From Synechococcus sp. (GTDB lineage: Bacteria; Cyanobacteriota; Cyanobacteriia; PCC-6307; Cyanobiaceae): a stretch of DNA of 64,000 bases. The stretch spans positions 544,001-608,000 of the forward strand of contig JBJBCN010000002.1 of assembly GCA_047285805.1 (NCBI GenBank), in the 5' to 3' direction. This document shows positions 28,201-37,922 of the stretch, piece by piece; position 1 is the stretch's first letter; every line of letters starts with the position of its first letter. The notes under the pieces were generated by a model. It saw nothing but the letters and a program-made list of their open reading frames with translations. It ran no database searches and was not told the origin of the DNA. The position numbers and the translations under genes are program-made.

Positions 28201-29619
28201 TCAGGCGTCGTAGTACATCGTGAATTCGTGGGGGTGGGGCCGCTGGCGAAGCTGCTGCACCTCCTCGTACTTCAGATCGATCCAGTTGTCGATGAAGTCT
28301 TCCGTGAAGACGCCACCGGCCAGCAGGTACTCGTGGTCAGCCTTCAGGGCCTCGAGGGAGCCGTTTAGGGAGGCGGGGACGGTGGAGATCTTTGCCAGCT
28401 CCTCGGCGGGAAGCTCGAAGAGGTCGACGTCGGTGCCGTTACCGGGATCGATTTGGTTCTTGATGCCGTCGATGCCGGCCATGAGCATGGCGGCAAAGCC
28501 GAGGTAGGGATTAGCCAGGGCATCACCTGAGCGGAATTCCAGGCGCTTGGCTTTGGGGTTCGAGCCGGTCAGCGGGATGCGGACAGCGGCTGACCGGTTG
28601 CCCTGGGAGTACACCAGGTTCACGGGAGCTTCGAAGCCCGGGACAAGCCGCTTGTAGCTGTTGGTAGTCGGGTTGGTGAAGGCCAGGAAGCTCGGTGCGT
28701 GCTTCAGCAGGCCGCCGATGTACCAACGGGCGGTCTGGGACAGGTTCGCGTAGGTGCCGTCGCCCCACATCAGGGTGTCGCCATTCTTCCAGATGCTCTG
28801 GTGGACGTGCATGCCGCTGCCGTTGTCGGCAAAGATCGGCTTGGGCATGAACGTGGCGGTCTTGCCGTACTTCTTGGCAATGTTCCGCACGACGTACTTG
28901 TAGATCATCACGTTGTCGGCCGCGGTGATCAGCTCGGCGAATTTCATCCCGAGCTCGTGCTGCGAGGTTGCCACCTCGTGGTGATGCTTCTCGATGGGAA
29001 CCCCCAGGGAGCCCATGGTGAGGAGCATCTCGGTCCTCATGTCCTGAAGAGTGTCGTTGGGGGCGACGGGGAAGTAGCCCTCCTTCAGTTGAATTTTGTT
29101 GGCGAGGTTGCCGCCCTCTTCAACTCGATCGGTATTCCAGGGGTTCTCGATCGAATCAACGCTGTAGAAGCTGGAGCCGTTCCCGCTCTTGTAGCGGACG
29201 TCGTCGAAGACGAAGAATTCAGGCTCGGGACCGAAATAAGCGGTGTCGGCCAGGCCGGTGGAGCCCAGATAGTCCAGGGCCTTTTGAGCCAAGGCTCGAG
29301 GACAGCGGGAGTAGGGCTTGCCGCTGCGCGGCTCCTGAATCGAGCAGATAAGGCTCAGGGTCTTGTGGCCGTAGAAGGGGTCAATCCAGGCGGTGTCCGG
29401 GTCGGGCACCATCGCCATGTCCGACTCGTTGATGGCCTTCCAACCGCGGATCGAGGAGCCATCAAAGGCCACGCCTTCGGTGAAGGCTTCTTCTTCCACC
29501 AGGTCAGGGGTGACCGTGAGGTGTTGCCACTTGCCGTGGAGATCAATGAACTTCAGGTCGATCAGTTCAATGCCTTCGTCCTTGATCTGACGGAGGACGT
29601 CCTGGGCGGTCTTGGCCAT
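28201..29619 (-). CDS. glnA: Glutamine synthetase type I
   Basis: [45 protein letters not shown]. Confidence 0.99.
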   Translation of the reverse strand: MAKTAQDVLRQIKDEGIELIDLKFIDLHGKWQHLTVTPDLVEEEAFTEGVAFDGSSIRGWKAINESDMAMVPDPDTAWIDPFYGHKTLSLICSIQEPRSGKPYSRCPRALAQKALDYLGSTGLADTAYFGPEPEFFVFDDVRYKSGNGSSFYSVDSIENPWNTDRVEEGGNLANKIQLKEGYFPVAPNDTLQDMRTEMLLTMGSLGVPIEKHHHEVATSQHELGMKFAELITAADNVMIYKYVVRNIAKKYGKTATFMPKPIFADNGSGMHVHQSIWKNGDTLMWGDGTYANLSQTARWYIGGLLKHAPSFLAFTNPTTNSYKRLVPGFEAPVNLVYSQGNRSAAVRIPLTGSNPKAKRLEFRSGDALANPYLGFAAMLMAGIDGIKNQIDPGNGTDVDLFELPAEELAKISTVPASLNGSLEALKADHEYLLAGGVFTEDFIDNWIDLKYEEVQQLRQRPHPHEFTMYYDA

Positions 29620-29669
29620 GACGCGTTGAAAGTGGCTGGGTGGGTGCCCGCCTATACCGGGCGGATGCG

Positions 29670-29712
29670 ACGGTACGGAGTGGGCCAGGGCTGCCTTTGT
29701 ATCACCGGTAAC
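29670..29712 (-). promoter_or_regulatory. NtcA-activated (class II) glnA promoter
   Basis: Minus strand GTT-N8-TAC (29712-29699), 23-nt spacer, TACCGT -10 box (TAN3T). Confidence 0.75.
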
Positions 29713-29860
29713 TAAATTTGCGACTGGTGGGCCTCCTTTTCGCCCGCGTCGCGATTTGAGTAACCGTTTCTGTCAACTTCATCAAAGGCTCGATCCAGCA
29801 AGGGATCTGGACGTTTACCGGTGCTACGGTCCGCTCCAGGTGCGTCGATCTCCCACCCCC

Positions 29861-30391
29861 ATGCGTGATGCCATCACCGGTCTGATCGGCCGTTACGACC
29901 AGCTGGGTCGTTATCTCGATGGGCGAGCCATCGACCGCATCGCCACTTACTACACGGAGGCTGCCCTGCGTTTGGCCGCTGTTGAGTTGATCAACTGTGA
30001 GGCCGCTGAGATCGTCCGCGAAGCTAGTCAGCGTCTGTGGCAAGCCGATCCTGAGCTGCTCCTACCCGGCGGGAATGCCTACACCACCCGCCGCTGGGCG
30101 GCTTGCCTAAGGGATATGGACTATTTCCTGCGTTACGCCAGCTATGCCCTCGTCGCGGATGACAGCACGATCCTCAACGAACGCGTCCTGAACGGCCTGG
30201 ATGACACCTACAAGAGCCTGGGGGTACCCACTGGGCCCACCGTTCGCAGCATCGCCCTTATGGCCGATGTAGTCAGCGAAAAGTTGCTCGATGCGGGTGC
30301 CGCCAGCGCCGAAGCGATCAATGCCGTGGTCCGTGCTCCCTTTGAGCACCTCTGCCGTGGTCTCGGCGTTACCAACGTCCGCGCCCGCTGA
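29861..30391 (+). CDS. apcF: Allophycocyanin beta-18 subunit
   Basis: MRDAITGLIGRYDQLGRYLD, PGGNAYTTRR.AACLRDMDYFLRY. Confidence 0.95.
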   Translation: MRDAITGLIGRYDQLGRYLDGRAIDRIATYYTEAALRLAAVELINCEAAEIVREASQRLWQADPELLLPGGNAYTTRRWAACLRDMDYFLRYASYALVADDSTILNERVLNGLDDTYKSLGVPTGPTVRSIALMADVVSEKLLDAGAASAEAINAVVRAPFEHLCRGLGVTNVRAR

Positions 30392-30444
30392 CTGGTCGCA
30401 CCTGCGACTGCGTAATCTCAACCCATCCAGCCCCCTCACAGGCC

Positions 30445-31635
30445 TTGGCTTCCATCACCTCAACCGTGTCTGATCGGCACCGGCTGTCGCTTGCTCCGAT
30501 TGATACCCCGGAGCGCTTGTTGTTGGGACCCGGCCCTTCCAATGCCCATCCCACCGTTTTAGAGGCCCTCAGCCGCTCTCCGATAGGTCACTTGGACCCC
30601 CTCTACGTCGCCCTGATGGGCGAGGTGCAGGAGTTGCTTCGTTACACCTGGCAAACAGATAACCGCCTGACCCTGCCGATGAGCGGCACCGGCTCAGCGG
30701 CGATGGAAGCCACGATCGCCAATATCGTCGAACCCGGCGACACCGTCTTGGTCGCCGTGAAGGGCTATTTCGGCCTGCGGTTACAGGATATGGCCGGCCG
30801 CTACAGGGCCAATGTTCCGACCATCGAGAAGCCATGGGGCGAAGCTTTCAGCCTCGACGAGATCGAAGCCGGCCTCAAAAAGTACAAGCCAAAGGTCTTG
30901 GCGATGGTGCATGCCGAAACCTCGACAGGAGTCTGTCAGCCGATGGAGGGCATCGGCGATCTCTGCCGTCAGCACGACTGCCTTCTGCTGCTCGACACGG
31001 TGACCTCCTTTGGCGCCGTCCCTCTCTTCCTCGATGACTGGAAGGTTGATCTCGCCTATAGCTGCAGCCAGAAAGGGTTGAGCTGCCCCCCAGGGTTGGG
31101 TCCCTTCTCCATGGGCCCCCGTGCCGAGGAGAAGCTCGCGGCCCGCAGCGGCAAGGTGCCTAACTGGTATCTCGATGTCAGCCTCTTGAACCAGTACTGG
31201 GGAAGCGATCGGGTTTACCACCACACCGCCCCGGTGAACATGAACTTCGGCATGCGGGAAGCACTCCGCTTGATCGCTGAAGAGGGTCTCGAGAACGTTT
31301 GGTCTCGCCACCGCAGAAATGCCGAGCGTCTCTGGTCCGGACTGGAGCGCTTGGGCCTGGAACCCCATGTTCCCCTCGAATTGCGTCTGCCTACCTTGAC
31401 CACCGTTCGCATCCCTGAGGGTTTGGATGGCAAGGCTTTCACCACCCACCTGCTCAACAAGCACGGCATCGAAGTGGGCGGTGGCCTGGGTGCCCTGGCT
31501 GGCAAGGTCTGGCGGGTTGGCCTGATGGGTTACAACAGCCGTGAGGAGAACGTCGACCTGCTGCTCAACCTGCTGGAGCAGGAGCTGCCGGCCTTCCGTT
31601 CCTCTGCGCCTGCTGTTGCAGCCGCCGTCGCCTGA
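30445..31635 (+). CDS. spt: Alanine-glyoxylate/serine-pyruvate aminotransferase
   Basis: LLLGPGPS, VHAETSTG, SCSQKGLSCPPG. Confidence 0.93.
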   Translation: MASITSTVSDRHRLSLAPIDTPERLLLGPGPSNAHPTVLEALSRSPIGHLDPLYVALMGEVQELLRYTWQTDNRLTLPMSGTGSAAMEATIANIVEPGDTVLVAVKGYFGLRLQDMAGRYRANVPTIEKPWGEAFSLDEIEAGLKKYKPKVLAMVHAETSTGVCQPMEGIGDLCRQHDCLLLLDTVTSFGAVPLFLDDWKVDLAYSCSQKGLSCPPGLGPFSMGPRAEEKLAARSGKVPNWYLDVSLLNQYWGSDRVYHHTAPVNMNFGMREALRLIAEEGLENVWSRHRRNAERLWSGLERLGLEPHVPLELRLPTLTTVRIPEGLDGKAFTTHLLNKHGIEVGGGLGALAGKVWRVGLMGYNSREENVDLLLNLLEQELPAFRSSAPAVAAAVA

Positions 31636-32113
31636 ACCAGCGCTCTAGCGCGCTGCGGCATTCCGGCTCCAGGACGCCCCCCATGACCTCCATGTGGTGA
31701 TGGGCGCTGGGGTCGGTAGCCAAATTCAGACATCCCCCTAGGGCACCGCGCTTCGCATCGTGAGCCCCAAAAATCACCCTCCCCAGGCGTGCTTGCACAA
31801 GAGCGCCGGCACACATCGGACAGGGCTCTAGCGTCACGATCAGGCTGCAGTCGTTGAAGCGCCAGTCCTCCCTCAGACGGGCGGCCTGTTCGAGGGCCAT
31901 CAGCTCCGCGTGTCCCAGGGGGCGTTGTTGCCGTTGCCGGCGATTGACTCCCCAGCCCACTGCACGTCCCTGTCCATCCAGGATGACTGCAGCGACAGGG
32001 ATCTCGCCGGTTTCTCCCACCTGCGCGGCGCGGCGCAACAGACGTCCCATCCAGATTTCGTGTTTCTGAACTGCTTGCAAACCCGACGCCCATCGGCAGG
32101 CTTCTTGAACCAT
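31565..32113 (-). CDS. tadA: tRNA adenosine deaminase (start may be 32050)
   Basis: GEIPVAAV, HAE, TLEPCPMCAGA. Confidence 0.9.
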   Translation of the reverse strand: MVQEACRWASGLQAVQKHEIWMGRLLRRAAQVGETGEIPVAAVILDGQGRAVGWGVNRRQRQQRPLGHAELMALEQAARLREDWRFNDCSLIVTLEPCPMCAGALVQARLGRVIFGAHDAKRGALGGCLNLATDPSAHHHMEVMGGVLEPECRSALERWFRRRRLQQQAQRNGRPAAPAPAG

Positions 32114-33575
32114 GTCAGCACGGCGGACCCGACGACACGAGACAATGACCGCTGACCGCCCAGGGCCATTGGCTCAACTCGATCCGAGCCAGCCGCCACG
32201 CAGCCTTGTCTGCTTTCCGGATCCCCTGCGGGATGACCCGGCCTTGGAAGCCTTTCTGCGGCAGGCCGGCGATCGTCTCTGCCAATGGTGGGCCGGATCG
32301 GAGCAGCGCTCGCCACTACCGCTTTTGAGTGTTCTGCCGGATCCGGCTCCGTTGCAACAGGGCTTAAGCCCTGAGGCTTTGTTCGAGGACCTTCAGCTGG
32401 TGATGGATGGGTCCTACAACCCCGTGCATCCCGGTGCCATGGCCCATCTGGATCCGCCGCCGTTGACCGCATCGGTTGCGGCGGATCTGGTCTGCGCCGG
32501 GCTCAACAATAATCTGCTGGCCGAGGAGCTCTCACCCAGTCTGTCGCGTCTGGAACGCAGCCTGACCACCTGGATGGCCGAACAGCTGGGCTTAGGCGAG
32601 GCATCCGGTGGCGTCGCCGCCAGCGGGGGCAGCTTGAGCAACTTGATGGCCCTAGTTGTGGCGCGTCACCAGGCGGGCCTTGCTTCAACGCAGGACCTGA
32701 CCGTCTTCTGCAGCGCTGATTCCCATGTCTCCATCACCAAGGCCTTGATGGTGATGGGCTTGCCCAAGGGGTGTCTGCAGGCCATCGCGACGGATGCGGA
32801 TGGGCGTCTCTCCTGTGAGGCCCTTGCAGAGGGCCTGCGGGCTGCTGATCACGCCGGTCGTCCCGTGCTCGCTGTGGTGGCCACCGCGGGCACCACGGTT
32901 CGTGGTGCGATCGATCCGCTGGCAACCATTTCGGATCTGTGCCAGCAGCACGGCGTTTGGCTTCACGTCGACGGCGCGATCGGTGCTGTTTTTGGTTTGA
33001 GCCAAAGCCACAGGCAGTTGGTGCCTGACCTTGATCGGGCCGATTCCCTCACGGTGAATCCACAAAAGCTGTTGGGTATTACCAAAACTTCCTCTCTCCT
33101 TCTTCTCAAGCGTCCGGAGCTGTTGGCGACCTGTTTTGGTACCGGGCTGCCGTACATGGAACCCAGTTGGGCCGATGCCCATGGCGGTGAATGTGGTCTT
33201 CAGGGCACACGTCCCGCGGAAATTCTCAAGCTCTGGCTCGGTCTGCGTCAGCTCGGCCGCGATGGGATCGAGAGCCTGTTGCAGGGCGCCCTTGCTCGCC
33301 GTGCTGAATTGCAGCGGCAGCTGTCGGTCTTGCCCTTGACACTGCGAAGCGGCCCGCTGCATTTACTCGCCTTCACACCGTCAGAGCTGGGCGTCCATGA
33401 GGCTGAAGCGTGGTCCATTCAGACCCGGCAGCGGTTGCTGGATAAGCAGCTCATGCTCTCCCGCCCCTTTTATGCCGGACGGCACCATCTCAAGGCAGTG
33501 TTGGGCAATCCCAACACCCGCTCCACTGATCTAGCGGCAGTGGCCTCGGTCATCCAAGATTCTCTGCTGACATGA
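32112..33575 (+). CDS. Group II PLP-dependent decarboxylase
   Basis: SGGSLSNL, ATAGTTVRGAIDPL, WLHVDGA, NPQK. Confidence 0.9.
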   Translation: MSARRTRRHETMTADRPGPLAQLDPSQPPRSLVCFPDPLRDDPALEAFLRQAGDRLCQWWAGSEQRSPLPLLSVLPDPAPLQQGLSPEALFEDLQLVMDGSYNPVHPGAMAHLDPPPLTASVAADLVCAGLNNNLLAEELSPSLSRLERSLTTWMAEQLGLGEASGGVAASGGSLSNLMALVVARHQAGLASTQDLTVFCSADSHVSITKALMVMGLPKGCLQAIATDADGRLSCEALAEGLRAADHAGRPVLAVVATAGTTVRGAIDPLATISDLCQQHGVWLHVDGAIGAVFGLSQSHRQLVPDLDRADSLTVNPQKLLGITKTSSLLLLKRPELLATCFGTGLPYMEPSWADAHGGECGLQGTRPAEILKLWLGLRQLGRDGIESLLQGALARRAELQRQLSVLPLTLRSGPLHLLAFTPSELGVHEAEAWSIQTRQRLLDKQLMLSRPFYAGRHHLKAVLGNPNTRSTDLAAVASVIQDSLLT

Positions 33576-33787
33576 TGCAACCCAACACCCAAGGCCGCTG
33601 GGTCGCGATCTTGACCGGCGCGATTTCCATTCTGATTGCTGTTGCCTATCTGGCCTTCATCACGGTCTTGGACGCCCGCGGTCCGATGCAACCGCCACCG
33701 CCGGAGGCCTTCAGCGACGCTGCTGGGGGCGTGGCGGCAGTTGCCCCTGCTTCTCCTGACGCTGCAACGGCTCCACCACTCGGTTGA
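33572..33787 (+). CDS. Small membrane protein
   Basis: WVAILTGAISILIAVAYL...LDARGPMQPPPPEA. Confidence 0.7.
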   Translation: MMQPNTQGRWVAILTGAISILIAVAYLAFITVLDARGPMQPPPPEAFSDAAGGVAAVAPASPDAATAPPLG

Positions 33788-35285
33788 TTGCGGCGCTCAA
33801 GAAGGCATTGAGGGCGGACTCCCGCTTGTTGAGGTCGTACTGACGCTGGACGACTTCCTGAATTCCGCCGTCCCCCCAATCTTGGTCCTGCTGGAAGTAG
33901 GTGATGAAGCTGCGCCCCGCGATTCGGGTGAGCCACCCAGCACCGACCGCTTGAACTGCACGACTGAGGAGAAGGGCCGGGAGGCTCATGCTGAGGGCCG
34001 CGCTGATAAGGCTGATCCCACCTTTGATCAGGCCCAAGCTTGCCAAGGTCCGTCCTACCGAAACCGCCAATTCCTGAGCGGTTGCTTTAGAGAGGCTTAC
34101 CCCATACACGCGGCCGATCTCCATCACCATTTGGGCATTGACTGCTGCAGCCCCGAGGAGATCCACTCCGGGTAAGGGCGTGGCCGCAAGCACCCCGGCA
34201 CTTATCCAGCTGTAGCGATCCACCACCCCCTCGGCATCGAGCTGCCGCTGCTTTCCGAGCAGCCGCCGCCCCGCCTCGCTCAGGCGACTGCTCTGCATGA
34301 GGATGTTGTCCGCAATCAACTCCTCCCCGTCGCTGTGGAGGACCTGGGCGATCCGGCGCAGAAGCCGATCAATTTCCGGTGGCGGTTGAAGCGGTTTGCC
34401 TCCGGGCATCGGGACCGACTGGGGCGAGGCGCTTGCCGTGATCACATCCTCCGTGGCAATGCGCCCTTGGATTCGCCGGCGCAGCAACTCCAGCAAGCGC
34501 TTTTCTTCATCTTCACCGCGCAGGTCGCACTTGTTCAGCACCAGTAGCAGCCGTTTCCCCAGGCTGGCCAGGGCCGCAAAGACCTCAAGCTCAGCGGCCC
34601 GAAGGTCCCCATCGACGACCAAGACCAGCAGATCGGCATTGGCAGCCTGATCCCGGGCAATTTGTTCCCGTTTTTGACCTTCGAAGCCTGCTTCCAAAAT
34701 TCCGGGTGTATCAATCAGGCGAATGCCGCGCTCCAGGTTGCGAAGGCGCAACCGATAACTCGTGGTTTTAGTGGTCGACCCCATCGCGGCACCGACCTCT
34801 CCGACCATGTCCTTCAGCAGTGCTCGAATCAGGGAAGTCTTCCCCGCGGAACACGTGCCAAAGACCACCAGCACCAGATCGCCGCGCTCGAACTCTGCGG
34901 CAACCCGCTCGCGCTCCTGCTGCAGCGCCTTTCGCTGGACCTCATCACGGATGCCTTCGAGCAAAGCATCCAACCCAGCTAGGTTTTGTTGCGCGGCTTC
35001 CTGACGGTTGGTGGGGGCCTCAACCTCTTCGGCGGCGGCCTGGCCGTGGTTGAAGACCGTCCACCCGGATCGACGGACGGTCTTCAACCACGGCCAGGCA
35101 AAGCGGGCGATCAGGAGCGCAGCTCCTCCGAAGATGAGCATGCTGAAGGGACCCACCAGCCAGCTGGGCAGCAAATAGCTCAGCTGCCACAGCAAGTTGT
35201 TCACCGCTTGAAGGACGGCCGTCACGACGACCAGGACCCCGAGGGCCAGACCGAGCCACAGCCAGATTCGACCAGGGGGTTTCAC
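33711..35285 (-). CDS. GTP-binding protein with DUF697 domain
   Basis: G1 GTCSAGKT, G3 DTPG, G4 NKCD, ATPLPGVDLL. Confidence 0.9.
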   Translation of the reverse strand: MKPPGRIWLWLGLALGVLVVVTAVLQAVNNLLWQLSYLLPSWLVGPFSMLIFGGAALLIARFAWPWLKTVRRSGWTVFNHGQAAAEEVEAPTNRQEAAQQNLAGLDALLEGIRDEVQRKALQQERERVAAEFERGDLVLVVFGTCSAGKTSLIRALLKDMVGEVGAAMGSTTKTTSYRLRLRNLERGIRLIDTPGILEAGFEGQKREQIARDQAANADLLVLVVDGDLRAAELEVFAALASLGKRLLLVLNKCDLRGEDEEKRLLELLRRRIQGRIATEDVITASASPQSVPMPGGKPLQPPPEIDRLLRRIAQVLHSDGEELIADNILMQSSRLSEAGRRLLGKQRQLDAEGVVDRYSWISAGVLAATPLPGVDLLGAAAVNAQMVMEIGRVYGVSLSKATAQELAVSVGRTLASLGLIKGGISLISAALSMSLPALLLSRAVQAVGAGWLTRIAGRSFITYFQQDQDWGDGGIQEVVQRQYDLNKRESALNAFLSAAINRVVEPLQRQEKQGQLPPRPQQRR

Positions 35286-35346
35286 GGCAACACCTGTGGG
35301 TGGAGGTCAAGAACGCCACGACCACTCCTCCTGATGATCCCTTTGA

Positions 35347-35796
35347 TTAGCGCCTGCGCCAACCGGGCAACAGCGAGAGCGCAAGGCAGAGCACGGCGAG
35401 GTTGATGGCGACATCCGCCAGATTGAAAATCGGGAAGGAGATCGGTACGAACTCAAGGAAGTCGACAACACGACCGAGACGCCAGCGGTCGATGCCATTT
35501 CCGATTGCCCCACCGAGGAGAAAACCAAGACCGAGGGCTTGCCAGCGTTCCAAGGGGCCGCTTGTTTGAATCCAAAACACCAAGCCGACGGCGACGGCCA
35601 GGCTTACGATCCCCAGAAGATTGGCGTTGCCCTCCAGCATGCTGAAGGCAGCTCCACTGTTAAAGACCAGTTGCTGCTGAAGCAGTCCTGGAACCAGTGG
35701 GCGGATGCCCATGCCGGAGAGATGCTCGAGCGCCCACGCCTTGCTGAGCTGGTCAATCAGCACGACGGCGATGGCGATCAGGTAACTCGGGGCCAT
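35347..35796 (-). CDS. lspA: Lipoprotein signal peptidase
   Basis: DQLSK, NSGAAFS, GNGIDR, VVDFL, FNLAD. Confidence 0.95.
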   Translation of the reverse strand: MAPSYLIAIAVVLIDQLSKAWALEHLSGMGIRPLVPGLLQQQLVFNSGAAFSMLEGNANLLGIVSLAVAVGLVFWIQTSGPLERWQALGLGFLLGGAIGNGIDRWRLGRVVDFLEFVPISFPIFNLADVAINLAVLCLALSLLPGWRRR

Positions 35797-36368
35797 CAGC
35801 GATCGAGCAACAACAGGCGTCGCGTCGGCCAGGCCAGCACTGCGACGGCGGAGCAGAGCAGCAGTTGGGGAAAGAGAGGACCCAGGCTGTAGGTCAGCAC
35901 CAATTGGTGGAGTTGTCCTCCCCAACGCTGAAATAGTCCCCCTAGAAGCAGGTTGGCCAGGCCACAACCCTGGAGGATCAATAACCCCAAGACCGCAGCG
36001 CTCAGCAGGTTCAACAGATCGTCCATGTCCTGCTGCTGAGCCAGGCGACCGGTAAGCCAGGCCGCAGGCAGGAAGCCCGCCAGGTAGCCGAAGGCCGGAT
36101 CGCTGAGATAGCTCAGCCCCCCGCCGCCCTGGAAGACCGGAAGTTGGAAGAGCCCAAGGCTGATGTAAGCCATGCCCGCCAACATCGCTGGGCGGTGCCC
36201 GCAGACCAGGGCCGTAAACAGCAGGGCCGGCACCTGGAGGGTCATAGGCAGGGGCAGAACCGAAACCCCTTGTTCCCCTGGCCAAGGGATTGCCGCCTGA
36301 ATTAACCCGCCACAAAGGATCAGGAGCAATCCAGCGAGGGCACCACTCCAGTTGGCAAGGGCGCGCAC
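35796..36368 (-). CDS. bioY: Biotin transporter BioY
   Basis: TLQV, GLFQLPVFQGGGG, PAFGYLAGF. Confidence 0.9.
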   Translation of the reverse strand: MRALANWSGALAGLLLILCGGLIQAAIPWPGEQGVSVLPLPMTLQVPALLFTALVCGHRPAMLAGMAYISLGLFQLPVFQGGGGLSYLSDPAFGYLAGFLPAAWLTGRLAQQQDMDDLLNLLSAAVLGLLILQGCGLANLLLGGLFQRWGGQLHQLVLTYSLGPLFPQLLLCSAVAVLAWPTRRLLLLDR

Positions 36369-36423
36369 AGTTGATCTCTCAGTTCGACCATCCTGCAGGA
36401 GAGTGGTGGTCTTGCAAGGACCG

Positions 36424-36642
36424 ATGTCTCAGGAATCCATCAGTGTTGGCACCCAGGTGCGGTTGCTGCAGCAACCCAGCTATTTGAAAACGGCCGACGC
36501 CATGTCGATGCTTCGCCCACCGGACCTGATTGACGCAGGTGAGATCGGTCAGGTGGTGGCCTTGAAAGCCCTGGATCAGGTCGCCGTGCGTTTCCGGCGC
36601 GGCACTTTTCTGCTCGAGCTCAAGCAGCTTGAGACGCTTTAA
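36424..36642 (+). CDS. sipA: NblS-interacting regulatory protein SipA (DUF3148)
   Basis: YLKTADAMSMLRPPDL, AVRFRRGTFLL. Confidence 0.85.
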   Translation: MSQESISVGTQVRLLQQPSYLKTADAMSMLRPPDLIDAGEIGQVVALKALDQVAVRFRRGTFLLELKQLETL

Positions 36643-37922
36643 GCGTGGTTCAGCGGATGTTGGTTCCAAACCGTTTCTGCGACCTTGATCGCGTCGTCGG
36701 GTCCGCAGAGACTCAGGCAGGGCAGTTGCAATAGGGCCTTGGCCGCTTGATGCAGGTCATTTGTGGTGAGGGCATCGGCTTCGATCAGGCACTGATCAGC
36801 GAAGTCAAAGGGCAATCCGTGGCCCAAGACCAGGGCATGGCGATCGGCGATCTGACTACAGGTTTGCCGGCCCAGGGCTTCCTGTCCTCTGAATTTGGCC
36901 TTGGCCAGCGCGAGTTGCTCCTCGCTGATGGGCTCCTCGAGCAGACGCATCCATTCGTTAAGTAGTTCTTGGCTGGCCTGTTTAGCGCGATCGCTGGAGC
37001 TTGAGAGATGAAACACAAAGGGCGCATCGCCCAGCCGTGCCGGGTAGTGGACCCCCACGTCGTAGGCCAGGCCGTGTTCTTCACGCAGGGCCACAAAGAG
37101 ACGACTGGACATGCCGATGCCCAGATGGCAGTGGAGAAGACGTAGGGCCAGGGCTTGGTCGCTGCCGAGCGGTCCGGTGGTGGTCCCCAGCATCAGCACC
37201 AATTGCTCTGTGTCGTCGAGCTTGCTGGCTAGGGACCGTTGTTTGAGACCGCGGGCTCCAGGCTCGCGGACCGGAGCCTGGGTGCTCCAGCTTTGTCCAT
37301 CGAGTCCCTGGAGCAACAGCCGCTCGGGCTCCTCGGGGAGCTGGCCGGCCAGCACCATCACCGCACCGCCACGCCCGAGCTGCTGAGTGCACTGCTCCAA
37401 CTGCGGCCGTCCCAGTTGGGCCAGTTCGGCTTCAACCCCGAGGGGGTCGTGGCCGTACGGCCCACTGCCGTAGAGCTGATGGCGCAATAGGTCGTGGGCG
37501 ACCTGGAAGGGGTCCTCCTTTTGCCGTTGGAGGGTTTGCAGATTTAATTGCCGCTCGAGTGTGATCTGGTTCTCGACCAGCCAAGGACTGATCACCATTT
37601 GCGGGATCAATGGCAGCAGCAAGGTGGCGTCGTCGCTGGCGCACTTCAGGCTGATCAAGGTGCCGTCCTCGGCTGCTTCGCAGCGCAGACCTGCTCCCCG
37701 TCCTTCCACTAGATCGGCAAGGGCTTCGCCACTCAGGCGGCCGCAGCCTCGGCTCAAGACCCCGGCCAACAGCTGAGAACGACCGCGTTGACCGTTGGGA
37801 TCTGCGGCACTTCCGCCGCGGATCCAGAGCTTCGCCGAGAGGATGGCCGGGCCTGGTCGCTCAATCAGCCAGAGCGGGCAACCCCCCAGTAGTTCGCGCT
37901 GTTTTACCCCGCCTTTGCTCAC
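36639..37922 (-). CDS. M16 family peptidase, non-catalytic subunit-like
   Basis: PYGHDPLG, GMSSRLFVALREEHGLAY; no HxxEH; GTGA overlap with the upstream gene. Confidence 0.85.
   Translation of the reverse strand: MSKGGVKQRELLGGCPLWLIERPGPAILSAKLWIRGGSAADPNGQRGRSQLLAGVLSRGCGRLSGEALADLVEGRGAGLRCEAAEDGTLISLKCASDDATLLLPLIPQMVISPWLVENQITLERQLNLQTLQRQKEDPFQVAHDLLRHQLYGSGPYGHDPLGVEAELAQLGRPQLEQCTQQLGRGGAVMVLAGQLPEEPERLLLQGLDGQSWSTQAPVREPGARGLKQRSLASKLDDTEQLVLMLGTTTGPLGSDQALALRLLHCHLGIGMSSRLFVALREEHGLAYDVGVHYPARLGDAPFVFHLSSSSDRAKQASQELLNEWMRLLEEPISEEQLALAKAKFRGQEALGRQTCSQIADRHALVLGHGLPFDFADQCLIEADALTTNDLHQAAKALLQLPCLSLCGPDDAIKVAETVWNQHPLNHA

Larger units (their letters stand above)
22194..28226. mobile_element. 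Degenerate genomic island integrated at the glnA 3' end
   Basis: Imperfect direct repeat 22194-22221 vs 28199-28226 (22/28 identical), integrase relic, AT-richer cargo. Confidence 0.75.

Noticed and set aside
28699..29715. Long antisense ORFs (also 44090-44896, 46833-48161, 55695-56729, 61360-62085)
   Set aside because: Shadow frames of conserved GC-rich genes with no independent motifs.
35797..36315. 322-aa version of LspA
   Set aside because: The extension overlaps bioY in another frame; the start at 35796 is coupled to the bioY stop.
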